A DNA stretch of 64,000 nucleotides from a virus: positions 8,565 to 72,564 of the IMG/VR virus record IMGVR_UViG_3300030329_005658, one strand, 5' to 3'. Below the pieces are notes generated by a model. That model saw only the letters and a program-made list of their open reading frames with translations, made no database searches and had not been told where the DNA came from. How positions within the stretch are numbered: position 1 is the stretch's first letter; each line of letters begins with the position of its first letter. The position numbers and the translations under genes are program-made. This document shows positions 36,700 to 46,398 of the stretch, piece by piece.

Positions 36700-38556
36700 A
36701 TGGCTTATAAATTTCAATTGGGAGCGTTTACCGCTTCCGGTTCTATTAAAGCAGAGGACGGACTCGTTGCAACTGACGTTGACGATGCTACCGCTGCTAA
36801 TGTTGTAGCACAAATCGATGCTGGTGAAATTCCAATCGCTAAATTGGCTGCTACTACCATCTCTGGAAAAGCTCTTGGTGCCAACCTTGATGCTCTTTCT
36901 GTTGATGATTCATCTATTGAATTCAGCGCTGGTTCTGCTTTCAATGGTTCTGCTGCTTCTGCTATTCGTGTAAAAGCTGCTGGTATCACCGACGCAATGT
37001 TGGCTGGTTCTATTTCTAATGCAAAGCTTTCTAACTCTACCATCTCTGGAAAAGCTCTTGGTGCTAACCTTGACGCTCTTTCAGTTTCTGCTAACAAAGG
37101 TCTCTCTATGAGTTCTTACAATGGTTCTGCTGCTGTATCTGATCTTCAGGTTGTTCTTGATGGTAATGGTGGTCTTGAATTCAATGGTGGTTCGGGAATT
37201 CGTCTTGAAGCTGCTGTTGCTGGTAATGGTTTAACACACAATGCTGGTGTTCTTGCTGTTGTTGGGGCTGCTGCTGGTGGTATCGACGTTCAAGCAAATG
37301 ACATCAAGCTTGACTTTGGCGCTTTGACTGCTGCTGATGTAGCTGTTGCTAATGACTCTTTTGCGTTCTGGGATAATGACGCAACCGCAGTTAGAAAAGA
37401 ATCTATGGCTGATTATGCTGCTGCTATCGCTGGTAATGGTCTTGCTGCTTCTGCTGGTGTTCTTGCTGTTGGAGTTGACGCTTCTTCAATCGAGATTAAC
37501 TCTGATGCTCTTAGAGTAAAAGCTGCTGGTATCACCAATGCTATGCTTTCTGGCTCTATTGCTGATAGCAAAATGTTGAAAATTTCAAGCGCGAACAAGG
37601 TTGACCTTTCTGCTCTTGATTTGGATGGCGGAACTGATATCGGTGCTGCTCTTGTTGATGCTGACTTGTTCATCGTTGATGATGGCGCAGGCGGAACAAA
37701 CAGAAAATCTGCTATGTCTCGTGTTGCTACTTACGCAAAAAGCAAATTCAGTGCTGCTTCTACTGGTGGCAAAGCTGAAGGCTCTCTTGCTTATAACGAT
37801 GGTGTTTACACCTTTACTCAGATGAGTGTTGCTGAATTGCGTGCTCATCTTTCTGTTTCTGATAGCAACTCTATTGACATGAGCTACTCCGGTGGTGCTT
37901 TCTCTGGTGATCTTCGTTTAGGATCTGCTGATGCTCTCGAAGTTGATGGTGACGGTCTTGATCTTAAAAGCACTATTGCTGGTAACAGAACCTTTTCTGG
38001 TAACCTTATCGTTAGTGGTGACTTGACTGTTAACGGAACCAACACCATTCTTAACACTACTACTCTTGAAGTAGAAGATCTTAATATCAAAGTTGCTAAG
38101 AATGCTGCTAACTCTTCTGCTGCTGATGGCGCTGGTATCACCATTGAAATGGGATCTGATGATCTTACATTCGCTTGGGCTCACGCTACAAGCAGAATGG
38201 AGCTTAAATTGGGTGCCGCTTACACTAACATGAAAGCTAATAAATTCATTGGTGATCTTGAAGGTGCTGTTGCGCAAACTATTACTGCTATTGGTGATGC
38301 TGATGGCTCCTTAGCTGTTGGTTTCAATTACGGCTCTGCTGATACTACTGCTCTTCGTACCTGGACCCTTCCAGCTTCTCCGGAAATTGGTCAGGTTGTT
38401 CATGTTAAAGCTCCTGCTGCTGTACACGCGGATGGCATCAAGATTCTAAAAGCTGGATCTCAGACCATTGATGGTGCTACTTTTATCGTTCTTGAATCTC
38501 CATTTGCTGCTGTTAACCTCATGTACGTTGCTAACAACACTTGGAGAGTATACTAA
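36700..38556 (+). CDS. Ala/Gly-rich fibre protein with internal repeats
   Basis: ATG at 36700 after GGAGG; TISGKALGANLDALSV x2 and RVKAAGIT.AML.GSI x2; C-terminal LPASP..G..IDG..LESP module. Confidence 0.75.
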   Translation: MAYKFQLGAFTASGSIKAEDGLVATDVDDATAANVVAQIDAGEIPIAKLAATTISGKALGANLDALSVDDSSIEFSAGSAFNGSAASAIRVKAAGITDAMLAGSISNAKLSNSTISGKALGANLDALSVSANKGLSMSSYNGSAAVSDLQVVLDGNGGLEFNGGSGIRLEAAVAGNGLTHNAGVLAVVGAAAGGIDVQANDIKLDFGALTAADVAVANDSFAFWDNDATAVRKESMADYAAAIAGNGLAASAGVLAVGVDASSIEINSDALRVKAAGITNAMLSGSIADSKMLKISSANKVDLSALDLDGGTDIGAALVDADLFIVDDGAGGTNRKSAMSRVATYAKSKFSAASTGGKAEGSLAYNDGVYTFTQMSVAELRAHLSVSDSNSIDMSYSGGAFSGDLRLGSADALEVDGDGLDLKSTIAGNRTFSGNLIVSGDLTVNGTNTILNTTTLEVEDLNIKVAKNAANSSAADGAGITIEMGSDDLTFAWAHATSRMELKLGAAYTNMKANKFIGDLEGAVAQTITAIGDADGSLAVGFNYGSADTTALRTWTLPASPEIGQVVHVKAPAAVHADGIKILKAGSQTIDGATFIVLESPFAAVNLMYVANNTWRVY

Positions 38557-38598
38557 GATCGACCTTCGGGACGATTTGAGTTTTGCTCAATGATATTT

Positions 38599-38634
38599 GG
38601 TGGGGGCCCTTCATTGGGTTCCCGCCTTTTTTTT
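38599..38634 (+). terminator. Rho-independent terminator
   Basis: 11-bp stem GGTGGGGGCCC/GGGTTCCCGCC (with G-U pairs) + T8. Confidence 0.8.
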
Positions 38635-38671
38635 AAAAACGCTTTTTTAATTTTATAGGAGGACAAATTAA

Positions 38672-40138
38672 ATGGCTTATAAATTTCAACTAGGAGATGC
38701 TCGCTTGAGCGGCTCTTTAATTCAGGAGGGGTCGATCCAGACATCTGGTGACATCACTCCATTAAATGCTGATGGCGCACGGCTTGGTAGCGCATCAAAA
38801 GAATGGGCAGATTTATATCTCGCTGATGAGGGAATAATCTATTGGGGTGCTGATAACGAGGTCATGTTACAACATGAGCACAACGATGGAGTGACGCTAA
38901 TTTCATCTGTTGCTTCAAAGCCGGTTCTTAGAGTTAAGAACACAAACGATGATGCTAATGGTGCTAAGATTAGAATTGTCAAAGACACTAGTAATTCCGC
39001 TTCAAACAATGATGTTCTAGGAATTATTGACTTTACCGGTGAAGATGCTGGTCATGCTGGACACATTTATGCGTCAATGACAGCTAAATCAAGAGTTGTG
39101 ACTGCCGGGAGCGAAGAGGGTGCTATTGTTTTTGCGGTTACTGACGGCGGAAATGACGAAACAAATCTCTTAGATATTAACAACACTCTTGATGGTGGTG
39201 TTTCTATTGCCAATGATCTACAGGTTGGGGATGATATTTTTATGAAGTCCGACAGTGCCGCTATCCGCTTCGGAGCAGATTCTGAAGTCGTATTGGAGCA
39301 TGAGCATGACGATGGCTTGACATTAATTTCATCTGTTGCTTCAAAGCCGGTTCTTAGAGTTAAGAACACAAATAATGATGCTAATGGTGCTAAGATTAGA
39401 ATTGTTAAAGACACTAGCAATTCTGCTGCCAATGGCGACACTTTGGGGATTATTGACTTCACTGGTGAAGATGCCGGCCACGCTGGGCACATTTATGCAT
39501 CAATGATAGTTAAATCAAGAATTGTGACTGCCGGGAGTGAAGAGGGTGCTTTTGTTTTCGCGGTGACTGATGGTGGAAGTGACGAAACAAATCTCTTAGA
39601 TATTAATAACACTCTTGATGGTGGTGTTAATGTCACTAATGGGCTGAATGTAAACGGCCACAATGGATCGAACGAGGGTTTGCGATTGGGCGGAACCTTG
39701 ATAACATCAACTGCTGCTGAATTAAATCTTATAGACGGCGGAACCGCTGTTGGGTCTTCAATTGCGCTAGCAGATGGCGATGGGATTATCGTTGATGATG
39801 GCGGAACAATGAAAAAGATCCCAGCTTCTGATTTCAAAACGTATCTTGCTGATAACAGCATGAACGTTGCTATTAAAGATAACGGCCAGACTCTCGCAAA
39901 TGGTATTAATTATTTTGCTGATTTAGGCGGAGCAGAATCAGTAAACCTACCAGCATCACCTGATGTAGGGGATTCCGTTTACGTTAAAGCGCCAAGCAAT
40001 TGTAATTCCACGAGAACCTTGACTATTAGCAAGCAAGGCTCTCATACCATTGATGGACTTACTTCAATTGTTCTTGAATCACCTCATGCTGCTGTCATGA
40101 TAGTTTACGTTACAGCAAACACTTGGAAAGTATTCTAA
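38672..40138 (+). CDS. Fibre protein with 142-aa internal duplication
   Basis: MAYKFQLG N-terminus and C-terminal module shared with 36700..38556. Confidence 0.75.
   Translation: MAYKFQLGDARLSGSLIQEGSIQTSGDITPLNADGARLGSASKEWADLYLADEGIIYWGADNEVMLQHEHNDGVTLISSVASKPVLRVKNTNDDANGAKIRIVKDTSNSASNNDVLGIIDFTGEDAGHAGHIYASMTAKSRVVTAGSEEGAIVFAVTDGGNDETNLLDINNTLDGGVSIANDLQVGDDIFMKSDSAAIRFGADSEVVLEHEHDDGLTLISSVASKPVLRVKNTNNDANGAKIRIVKDTSNSAANGDTLGIIDFTGEDAGHAGHIYASMIVKSRIVTAGSEEGAFVFAVTDGGSDETNLLDINNTLDGGVNVTNGLNVNGHNGSNEGLRLGGTLITSTAAELNLIDGGTAVGSSIALADGDGIIVDDGGTMKKIPASDFKTYLADNSMNVAIKDNGQTLANGINYFADLGGAESVNLPASPDVGDSVYVKAPSNCNSTRTLTISKQGSHTIDGLTSIVLESPHAAVMIVYVTANTWKVF
38846..39628 (+). repeat. Intragenic direct repeat, 426-nt period
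   Basis: 38846-39202 vs 39272-39628; long identical stretches such as ATTTCATCTGTTGCTTCAAAGCCGGTTCTTAGAGTTAAGAACACAAA. Confidence 0.9.
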
Positions 40139-40160
40139 TCCTTATTGGGTTATTTACTTG

Positions 40161-40190
40161 GGCTGGTGCTTCCGGGCACCAGCCTTTTTT
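40161..40190 (+). terminator. Rho-independent terminator
   Basis: GGCTGGTGCT-TCCG-GGCACCAGCC + T6. Confidence 0.85.
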
Positions 40191-40200
40191 ATTTTAAAAT

Positions 40201-40207
40201 CTATTTA
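40201..40207 (+). promoter_or_regulatory. Putative late promoter CTATTTA
   Basis: Directly after the terminator, 23 nt before the ATG. Confidence 0.6.
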
Positions 40208-40230
40208 TGTACAAAAACAGAGGTTTATAA

Positions 40231-43155
40231 ATGTCATATAATATTCTTAACAAAAACGTTAATTTCCAAGGACCAACACAGGGGCAAATTGAAGATATCG
40301 TTGATACTCACACTAATCAAGTCGTTTCTGGTAGCAAAGACTTTAATGCTTTAACAGGGTCCAATACGTATGTTAGAAATACGTTAAGTGTTTCAACTCA
40401 TGCTGTTGATCATGCTATATCTGTCGCTGGTGCTGTTAGCGCATCATTAAACATTTCAGCCTCTGCTTTTTATGCTAACGGTGAAGAGGTTACAGGTGGT
40501 TCAGTTAGTGCTGTTGCTAACGGAGCAAACAATAGAATAGCAACTTTTTCTTCTGCGGATGCTTTGAACGGGGAAGCTAATCTTGAATTCAATGGCTCTG
40601 TTCTTGATTTTAAAGCAACATCCATCTCTGGGTCTGGTAACATTTCCGGATCTCAGTTTTATGGTACCTGGGCCGGAGCAAATATAAACGGCTCCCAAGT
40701 CCAATTAGCTTCCGGTGGCGGTATAACAGATTCAAGTGGTCTAAAATTGAATTCTGGGGTTTCGGCAGTCGGGTCACTAAACACAGCAGATAAGATTTTA
40801 ATTTTTGATGCTGATGACGGTGATGCTGTGAAGAGAACAACCGCAGGCACTATTGCCAACTTATTCTCAGCAGCAGTCACTTCATATAGTGGAGATACAG
40901 ACAATAGGATTATAACATCTGGCGGTTCCAAGGCGCTAGTTGGAGAGGCCAATCTTACGTTTGACGGAACAGATCTACTATTAACTGGTAATGTGTCAGG
41001 GTCTGGTAATTTGCAATTAGGGGGCACAGTTAGGGCTGATGGAATTGCCGCAGCGGCTCCAGCTTACGCAAACGATCATATTATTATTGTGGACGCAGGG
41101 GATAGTTTACTTAAGAAATCAACATTTTCAAATTTTTCAACTCAAATCGCTGGTAATGGACTTATTAACGATGGTGGCAAATTGGAAGTGCAGGTTTCTG
41201 GTGCTGTAAAAATTACTTCAGATAAGATTGGCATTACGGGTTCCGTTGCTGGAGATGGTCTGTCTTTCGGCGGAGGAGCCGACAGCATTAACGAGCTTAG
41301 TGTCGAATTACAGTCTAATTCGGGACTCACGGTCGCAGCTACAGGCCTAAAGACAAATATGAATGGCCTTGCCTCAGCAACCCCGGCACCAGCATCAGAT
41401 AGTTTGGCTTTTATTGATTCTGACGGGGATAAAAAGTGCTCATTTGATACTTTCTTGACGGCTATCGCTGGAGCTAATATTGGAGTATCGGGTAGTCAAT
41501 TGACAGCATCTGCTGGTGGTGGTAGTGGGGCGGTATCTTCTGTTGCCAATGGGGCAGACAATAGAATAGCAACTTTCTCCTCTTCAGACGCTCTAAACGG
41601 AGAAGAAACTTTAACATTCGATCTTTATCGATTGAGTATTGTTCAAGATCAAAATAATATTAGTGGCTCTTTCCTGCGCCTTAATAATACACATGCTGGT
41701 AATGACGGAACGGATGCGGACATTTGCGGCACCATTGAGTTTTATGGCCAAGATGATGGAACACCAACCGCTACTGAATATGCTCGAATCAGGGGAGAGA
41801 TTGAAGATGCCTCTAGTGGAGCAGAGGGGGGAAGGCTGACTCTTTCTGTTGCTAGCCACAACGGCTCTTTGGCTGATGGTTTGGTCTTGGTAGATGGTGA
41901 TGCCGTTGGGGAGGTTGATGTAACTGTTGGGGCTGGGGCTAATTCCGTAACCACTGTTGCAGGTCAATTAAATGTTCCTCTATACATTACTCATGAAGGA
42001 GACGAGGACACTAGATTAAAATTTCAAGATGATCAACTTTATATTGAAGTTGGCGGTGTGGCCTTTATGAAAATGCTTGAAGACGGATCACAAGATATGA
42101 CTGTTTTCAATGAGGCTGGAAACGATATTGATTTCCGAATCGAAGCACCAGGAAAAGACCACATGTTCTACATTGATGCTGGGAATGACCGTGTATATAT
42201 CAATAGGCAAGGCGCTAGCCCCTTAACTTCAACTGATGTCAATATTGTTGGTGACCTTTCGTTTGCGAAAAATTCTAATGACAATATTGGTTGTGAAATT
42301 ATTTTTGAGAAATCACGTCATGGAACTGCCGGTGGTCATACTGCGGTGCAGCATGGAGACGTCTTGGGCGCTATAAAGGCTAAAGGCTCTGACGGAACCA
42401 ATAGTGAATTTGCTTGCGCAATTGAGATGATAGCTGGCTCCGGATCAGCCGGAAGCAATGATATGCCTGGGTCGATTGTTTTTAGCACAACTGCCGATGG
42501 AGCTAACACCACCACAGAGGCTATGAAAATTACCCAAGGACAGGGGATTTTGGTGCCTAATGGCAGTCTAGCAATCTTTGGGACAAATAGTGGTCTAGAA
42601 GTTTCAGACAGCGGCACAAACAATTATTCTGGCCTACAAGTAAGTTATGGCCACAGAGGTGTGACCGGAAGAGGTGGTATAATAATTCGAGGTCAAAATA
42701 GTAGTACTGTTGGTACATTTGGAATTACTATTGAAGAATCAGACGCTGGAGGGACTGCTGATGTGATGATTATTGCTACAAATGAAAATGTTACTTTTAC
42801 TGGAACAGTCTCTGATGGTTCTGATGCTAGAATTAAAACAAACATTAGAAGCATGCCTGATAATATATTAGCAAAAGTCATGCAATTACGACCAGTGAAT
42901 TACAATCGTATTAATCAGCCCAACGACGATGAACAATCGTCGGCAGAATATACTGGATTTGTTGCGCAAGAGGTTGAGGAAGTTTTTCCTGATATGGTTC
43001 ACACCACGGAATTGGCTGCTGGGGTCTCTGATGTCATTCCTGACTTTAAATCACTGGCTCAAAAAGAATTGATCGCCGTACTTACAAAAGCAATCCAAGA
43101 ACAACAAGAAATTATAGATGATCTTAAGGAAAGGGTTGCTGTATTGGAAGGATAA
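40231..43155 (+). CDS. Fibre/spike protein with C-terminal peptidase S74 intramolecular chaperone
   Basis: SDARIKTNI..LRPVNY..GFVAQEVEEVFP..KAIQEQQ; NRI.T...L.GE..L.F repeats x3. Confidence 0.85.
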   Translation: MSYNILNKNVNFQGPTQGQIEDIVDTHTNQVVSGSKDFNALTGSNTYVRNTLSVSTHAVDHAISVAGAVSASLNISASAFYANGEEVTGGSVSAVANGANNRIATFSSADALNGEANLEFNGSVLDFKATSISGSGNISGSQFYGTWAGANINGSQVQLASGGGITDSSGLKLNSGVSAVGSLNTADKILIFDADDGDAVKRTTAGTIANLFSAAVTSYSGDTDNRIITSGGSKALVGEANLTFDGTDLLLTGNVSGSGNLQLGGTVRADGIAAAAPAYANDHIIIVDAGDSLLKKSTFSNFSTQIAGNGLINDGGKLEVQVSGAVKITSDKIGITGSVAGDGLSFGGGADSINELSVELQSNSGLTVAATGLKTNMNGLASATPAPASDSLAFIDSDGDKKCSFDTFLTAIAGANIGVSGSQLTASAGGGSGAVSSVANGADNRIATFSSSDALNGEETLTFDLYRLSIVQDQNNISGSFLRLNNTHAGNDGTDADICGTIEFYGQDDGTPTATEYARIRGEIEDASSGAEGGRLTLSVASHNGSLADGLVLVDGDAVGEVDVTVGAGANSVTTVAGQLNVPLYITHEGDEDTRLKFQDDQLYIEVGGVAFMKMLEDGSQDMTVFNEAGNDIDFRIEAPGKDHMFYIDAGNDRVYINRQGASPLTSTDVNIVGDLSFAKNSNDNIGCEIIFEKSRHGTAGGHTAVQHGDVLGAIKAKGSDGTNSEFACAIEMIAGSGSAGSNDMPGSIVFSTTADGANTTTEAMKITQGQGILVPNGSLAIFGTNSGLEVSDSGTNNYSGLQVSYGHRGVTGRGGIIIRGQNSSTVGTFGITIEESDAGGTADVMIIATNENVTFTGTVSDGSDARIKTNIRSMPDNILAKVMQLRPVNYNRINQPNDDEQSSAEYTGFVAQEVEEVFPDMVHTTELAAGVSDVIPDFKSLAQKELIAVLTKAIQEQQEIIDDLKERVAVLEG

Positions 43156-43186
43156 TCGATCATACTTCCTTTTCCTGTTGTTGACA

Positions 43187-43193
43187 CTATTTA
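43187..43193 (+). promoter_or_regulatory. Putative late promoter CTATTTA
   Basis: Recurrent motif upstream of the scaffold/capsid genes. Confidence 0.6.
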
Positions 43194-43227
43194 TCTTTGA
43201 TAATATTATTACCAGGAGAAAGCTTTA

Positions 43228-44433
43228 ATGTCCTCAATGTTAGAACAAGCGATTGTTGATGCCGCTGCGCTAAGAGAAGCGGCTCTTAAAAATGCTGAAC
43301 AGGCAATTATTGATAAATACGCACCCCAAATCAAAGCCGCTGTCGATACTCTGCTTGAAAGTGAGACAAGAACCCTTAACAGGGGCGATCTAGTCAAATA
43401 TGAGGGCCGATATGCCCGAGTTACTACTGAGTCCGATAATGGAAAGGTGGGGATTACTATGATTGGAGAAGAAAAAACAAATTTAGTTTTGGAATCTGAT
43501 CTTGAAGAGGCTACAGAGGGAGATTTGCTGTCGGAACAAGAAGAAGTAGACCCATTGGGCGGTTCAGTGCCAGGGTCCGCACCAGAAGCAGTTTTTGATC
43601 CTGGTTTTGCGGCTGCTGATTTAAGCCCAGATGAAGCCGTTGATCTTGAGATGGAGTTGGAGTTTGATCCAGAAGACTTTAAGCTGGACCTTGAGCAGTT
43701 GAAGCATATTGCTGCTGTTGATCAGCCTGATCCAGAAGAAATAGAAGGAACAGAAGATCTCTTAGGAGACCTTGACTTGCCGGGAGGTGATGATTTAGAA
43801 GCCGAGGTACCAGAGACAGATGAAGAGGATTTAGCTCTTCAGGAAATTATGAATATTATAAGTGAGATTGAAGAAGAAGAAGTTTTAGAAGAAGAACTGG
43901 TTGTAGATATGGCCGGTGAACACAAAAATGGCACTTTTGAGACCAGCAAAGAGACGCTGGGCTATCAACAGGAAATGGAATTGGCTAAAATGGAATCAAG
44001 CGAACATAAAGAAGAAAAAGAGGCTCTTGAAAAAAGAATTCAAGAGCTTGATGAAGCTCTATCCCTATCTCAAACCCAAACAAAAGATTTTGAAAGCATT
44101 ATTGAAAAATTGGAAGATGTTTTGAACGAAACTCTTCTATCAAATGCTAAATTGCTTTATAGCAACAATACACTAAGCGATGCCTCCTTGAATGAGCGAC
44201 AAAAACGAAAAATTGTTGAAGCCATCGCAAAGGCAAACACACCAGAAGAGGCGAAAGCTCTACAAGAGACTCTTAGGGCTACAGTGGGCTCTACTAAAAA
44301 GTATAAGCCACAATCACTTAGCGAGTCAATCCAGAGAAAATCAACCTTATCAGGTATTTTGCCAAGAAAAAATAAACCAAGCCAAGAGCTTACATTCGCA
44401 GATCGAATGAAGAAGTTGGCTGGTATTGATTAA
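43228..44433 (+). CDS. Prohead core scaffolding protein (gp22-like)
   Basis: Very acidic coiled coil immediately upstream of the major capsid gene; ends RMKKLAGI. Confidence 0.75.
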   Translation: MSSMLEQAIVDAAALREAALKNAEQAIIDKYAPQIKAAVDTLLESETRTLNRGDLVKYEGRYARVTTESDNGKVGITMIGEEKTNLVLESDLEEATEGDLLSEQEEVDPLGGSVPGSAPEAVFDPGFAAADLSPDEAVDLEMELEFDPEDFKLDLEQLKHIAAVDQPDPEEIEGTEDLLGDLDLPGGDDLEAEVPETDEEDLALQEIMNIISEIEEEEVLEEELVVDMAGEHKNGTFETSKETLGYQQEMELAKMESSEHKEEKEALEKRIQELDEALSLSQTQTKDFESIIEKLEDVLNETLLSNAKLLYSNNTLSDASLNERQKRKIVEAIAKANTPEEAKALQETLRATVGSTKKYKPQSLSESIQRKSTLSGILPRKNKPSQELTFADRMKKLAGID

Positions 44434-44456
44434 GACATACTGTAGGAGGTATTAAA

Positions 44457-46271
44457 ATGTCTATTGTACAAAAACTTACTGAAGGCATCGTAAACCGTGA
44501 TATGAAAGCAGAGGGCGCAGCCCTTTTGGATAAATGGTCACAAACAGGTTTACTTGAAGGCCTTGACGGCGAGCGCAACAAGCACAACATGGCTCGCCTG
44601 CTTGAAAACCAAGCAAAAGAGCTTCTTCGAGAAGCTTCTTCCATGAGTGCTGGTGATGTTGAAGGATTCGCTGCTGTTGCATTCCCAATTGTTCGTCGTG
44701 TATTCGCCGGACTTATCGCTAACGAATTGGTTAGTGTTCAACCAATGAGTCTTCCTTCAGGGCTCATTTTCTTCCTTGATTTCACTTTTGGTGATTCCGA
44801 AGGTGGTTCCGCTGTTTCTGGGGCTCGCCTTGGTAACACACAAGGGGGTACTGCTTCGATTTACGGCACTGATGCTCTTGGTGCTGGAGTGATCGACGGT
44901 GTTAACATCGTTGGTTCTAGCAAAGAAGACCAATCTGGTCCCCGTGGAATGACCGGTTATGCTTATTCTTCACCAAGTGGTTCTAACAACGCAGCACTTA
45001 CAGATGGTGCTGGTGGCATGGATATGAAAGCAGCATTTACTCTTGATGGCGCAGTTAGCGAAGCTAACAAAAAACTTATCCAGTATGACCCAGACCTTCT
45101 TTCTATTACTGATTCTTCCCAAGGTATTATTGTAATTGATATCGAAGAAGAAGAAATCAGTGCTAAAGTTTCTGAAGGCGACCCAGATTTTGATAATCTT
45201 TCTGCGTTTATCTTGGATGCTGCTGCTGCTCAGGCTTATTCTGATGCTGCTGGGGCCGCTGTGACACAGATCCGTCGTTTGACTGCTTTAGTTTCTGCTG
45301 CTGACGCTGCGACCGACAAAAAGGCTGTTCGCCTTGTATTTACTGGTGGAATTATCTCTGCTGGTACCTTGACTAGTACAACCGCTGTTGCTGCGGAAAA
45401 GTTGGTTTTTCCAGTTAAGGATCAATATGATAATGCTGGTGCTGCTAAGCAAGGAGCAATTGTCGGTGACTTGTTCGAACTTGAAGCAAACTCAAACATC
45501 CCAGAGATTGACATCAAGGTTGATTCAACCGCGATCACCGCTCAAACCAAGAAGCTTAAAGCTAAGTGGACCCCTGAGCTTGGTCAAGACTTGAATGCTT
45601 ACCATAATCTTGATGCTGAAGTTGAATTGACTTCTATTCTCTCTGAGCAAATTGCTCTTGAGATCGACCGCGAGATCCTCGCTGACCTTGTAAATGGCGC
45701 TACTGCTGCGACCTATTACTGGTCTCGTTCACCCGGTCTTTTCGTTAATCGTCAAACTGGTGCGGAACTGGGCGCTACTGCTGCTGCTCCTGACTTCACC
45801 GGAACTGTTAGCGAATGGTATGAGACTCTCATTGAGACCATCAATGACGTTTCTGCCCAAATCCACAGAAAGACTCTTCGTGGTGGTGCTAACTTCGTAG
45901 TTTGTTCTCCAGAAGTTGCTAACATCCTTGAGTTTACCTCTGGATTCCGTGCTAATGTTACCGCTGATGCAGACAAAGGCGAGATCGGCGCTGTTAAAGT
46001 TGGTGCCTTGAGCCGTAAGTTCGACGTTATGGTCGATCCTTACTTCCCAAGAAACGTTGTCCTTGTCGGTCGTCGTGGTAACTCTTTCCTTGAAAGCGGT
46101 TATGTATACGCACCTTACGTGCCTCTACAAACCACACCAACGATCTTCGGTGTAGAAGACTTCGTTCCTCGTAAAGGGGTAATGACTCGCTACGCTAAGA
46201 AGATGGTTCGTCCTGATATGTACGGTCTTGTTATCGTTCGAGGGCTTCTTGGAGAGAGCGGCGCAAGCTAA
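44457..46271 (+). CDS. Major capsid protein (T4 gp23-like)
   Basis: LLENQ, VQPMSLPSGLIF, KLKAKWTPELGQDL.AYH.LDAE.EL..ILSEQIALEIDREI, YAPYVPL, GVMTRY. Confidence 0.95.
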   Translation: MSIVQKLTEGIVNRDMKAEGAALLDKWSQTGLLEGLDGERNKHNMARLLENQAKELLREASSMSAGDVEGFAAVAFPIVRRVFAGLIANELVSVQPMSLPSGLIFFLDFTFGDSEGGSAVSGARLGNTQGGTASIYGTDALGAGVIDGVNIVGSSKEDQSGPRGMTGYAYSSPSGSNNAALTDGAGGMDMKAAFTLDGAVSEANKKLIQYDPDLLSITDSSQGIIVIDIEEEEISAKVSEGDPDFDNLSAFILDAAAAQAYSDAAGAAVTQIRRLTALVSAADAATDKKAVRLVFTGGIISAGTLTSTTAVAAEKLVFPVKDQYDNAGAAKQGAIVGDLFELEANSNIPEIDIKVDSTAITAQTKKLKAKWTPELGQDLNAYHNLDAEVELTSILSEQIALEIDREILADLVNGATAATYYWSRSPGLFVNRQTGAELGATAAAPDFTGTVSEWYETLIETINDVSAQIHRKTLRGGANFVVCSPEVANILEFTSGFRANVTADADKGEIGAVKVGALSRKFDVMVDPYFPRNVVLVGRRGNSFLESGYVYAPYVPLQTTPTIFGVEDFVPRKGVMTRYAKKMVRPDMYGLVIVRGLLGESGAS

Positions 46272-46295
46272 TCTAAGCCAATAGGTTAAAAAGAT

Positions 46296-46324
46296 ACCCC
46301 CTTCCATTTCGGTTGGGGGTTTTC
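46296..46324 (+). terminator. Rho-independent terminator
   Basis: ACCCCC..GGGGGT stem + T run after the capsid gene. Confidence 0.7.
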
Positions 46325-46398
46325 TATTTGGGGGCACTATTTACTAATGATTGCGAGTTACGCAAATAAGATTTATTGATTATAAGGAGATTAATTAA

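Noticed and set aside
38846-39628. Diversity-generating retroelement TR/VR pair
   Set aside because: Both copies are in frame in one gene, differences are not adenine-specific, and no reverse transcriptase is present.
43181-43205. Sigma70 promoter at TTGACA 43181
   Set aside because: No -10 at proper spacing; the overlap with the CTATTTA motif explains the site better.
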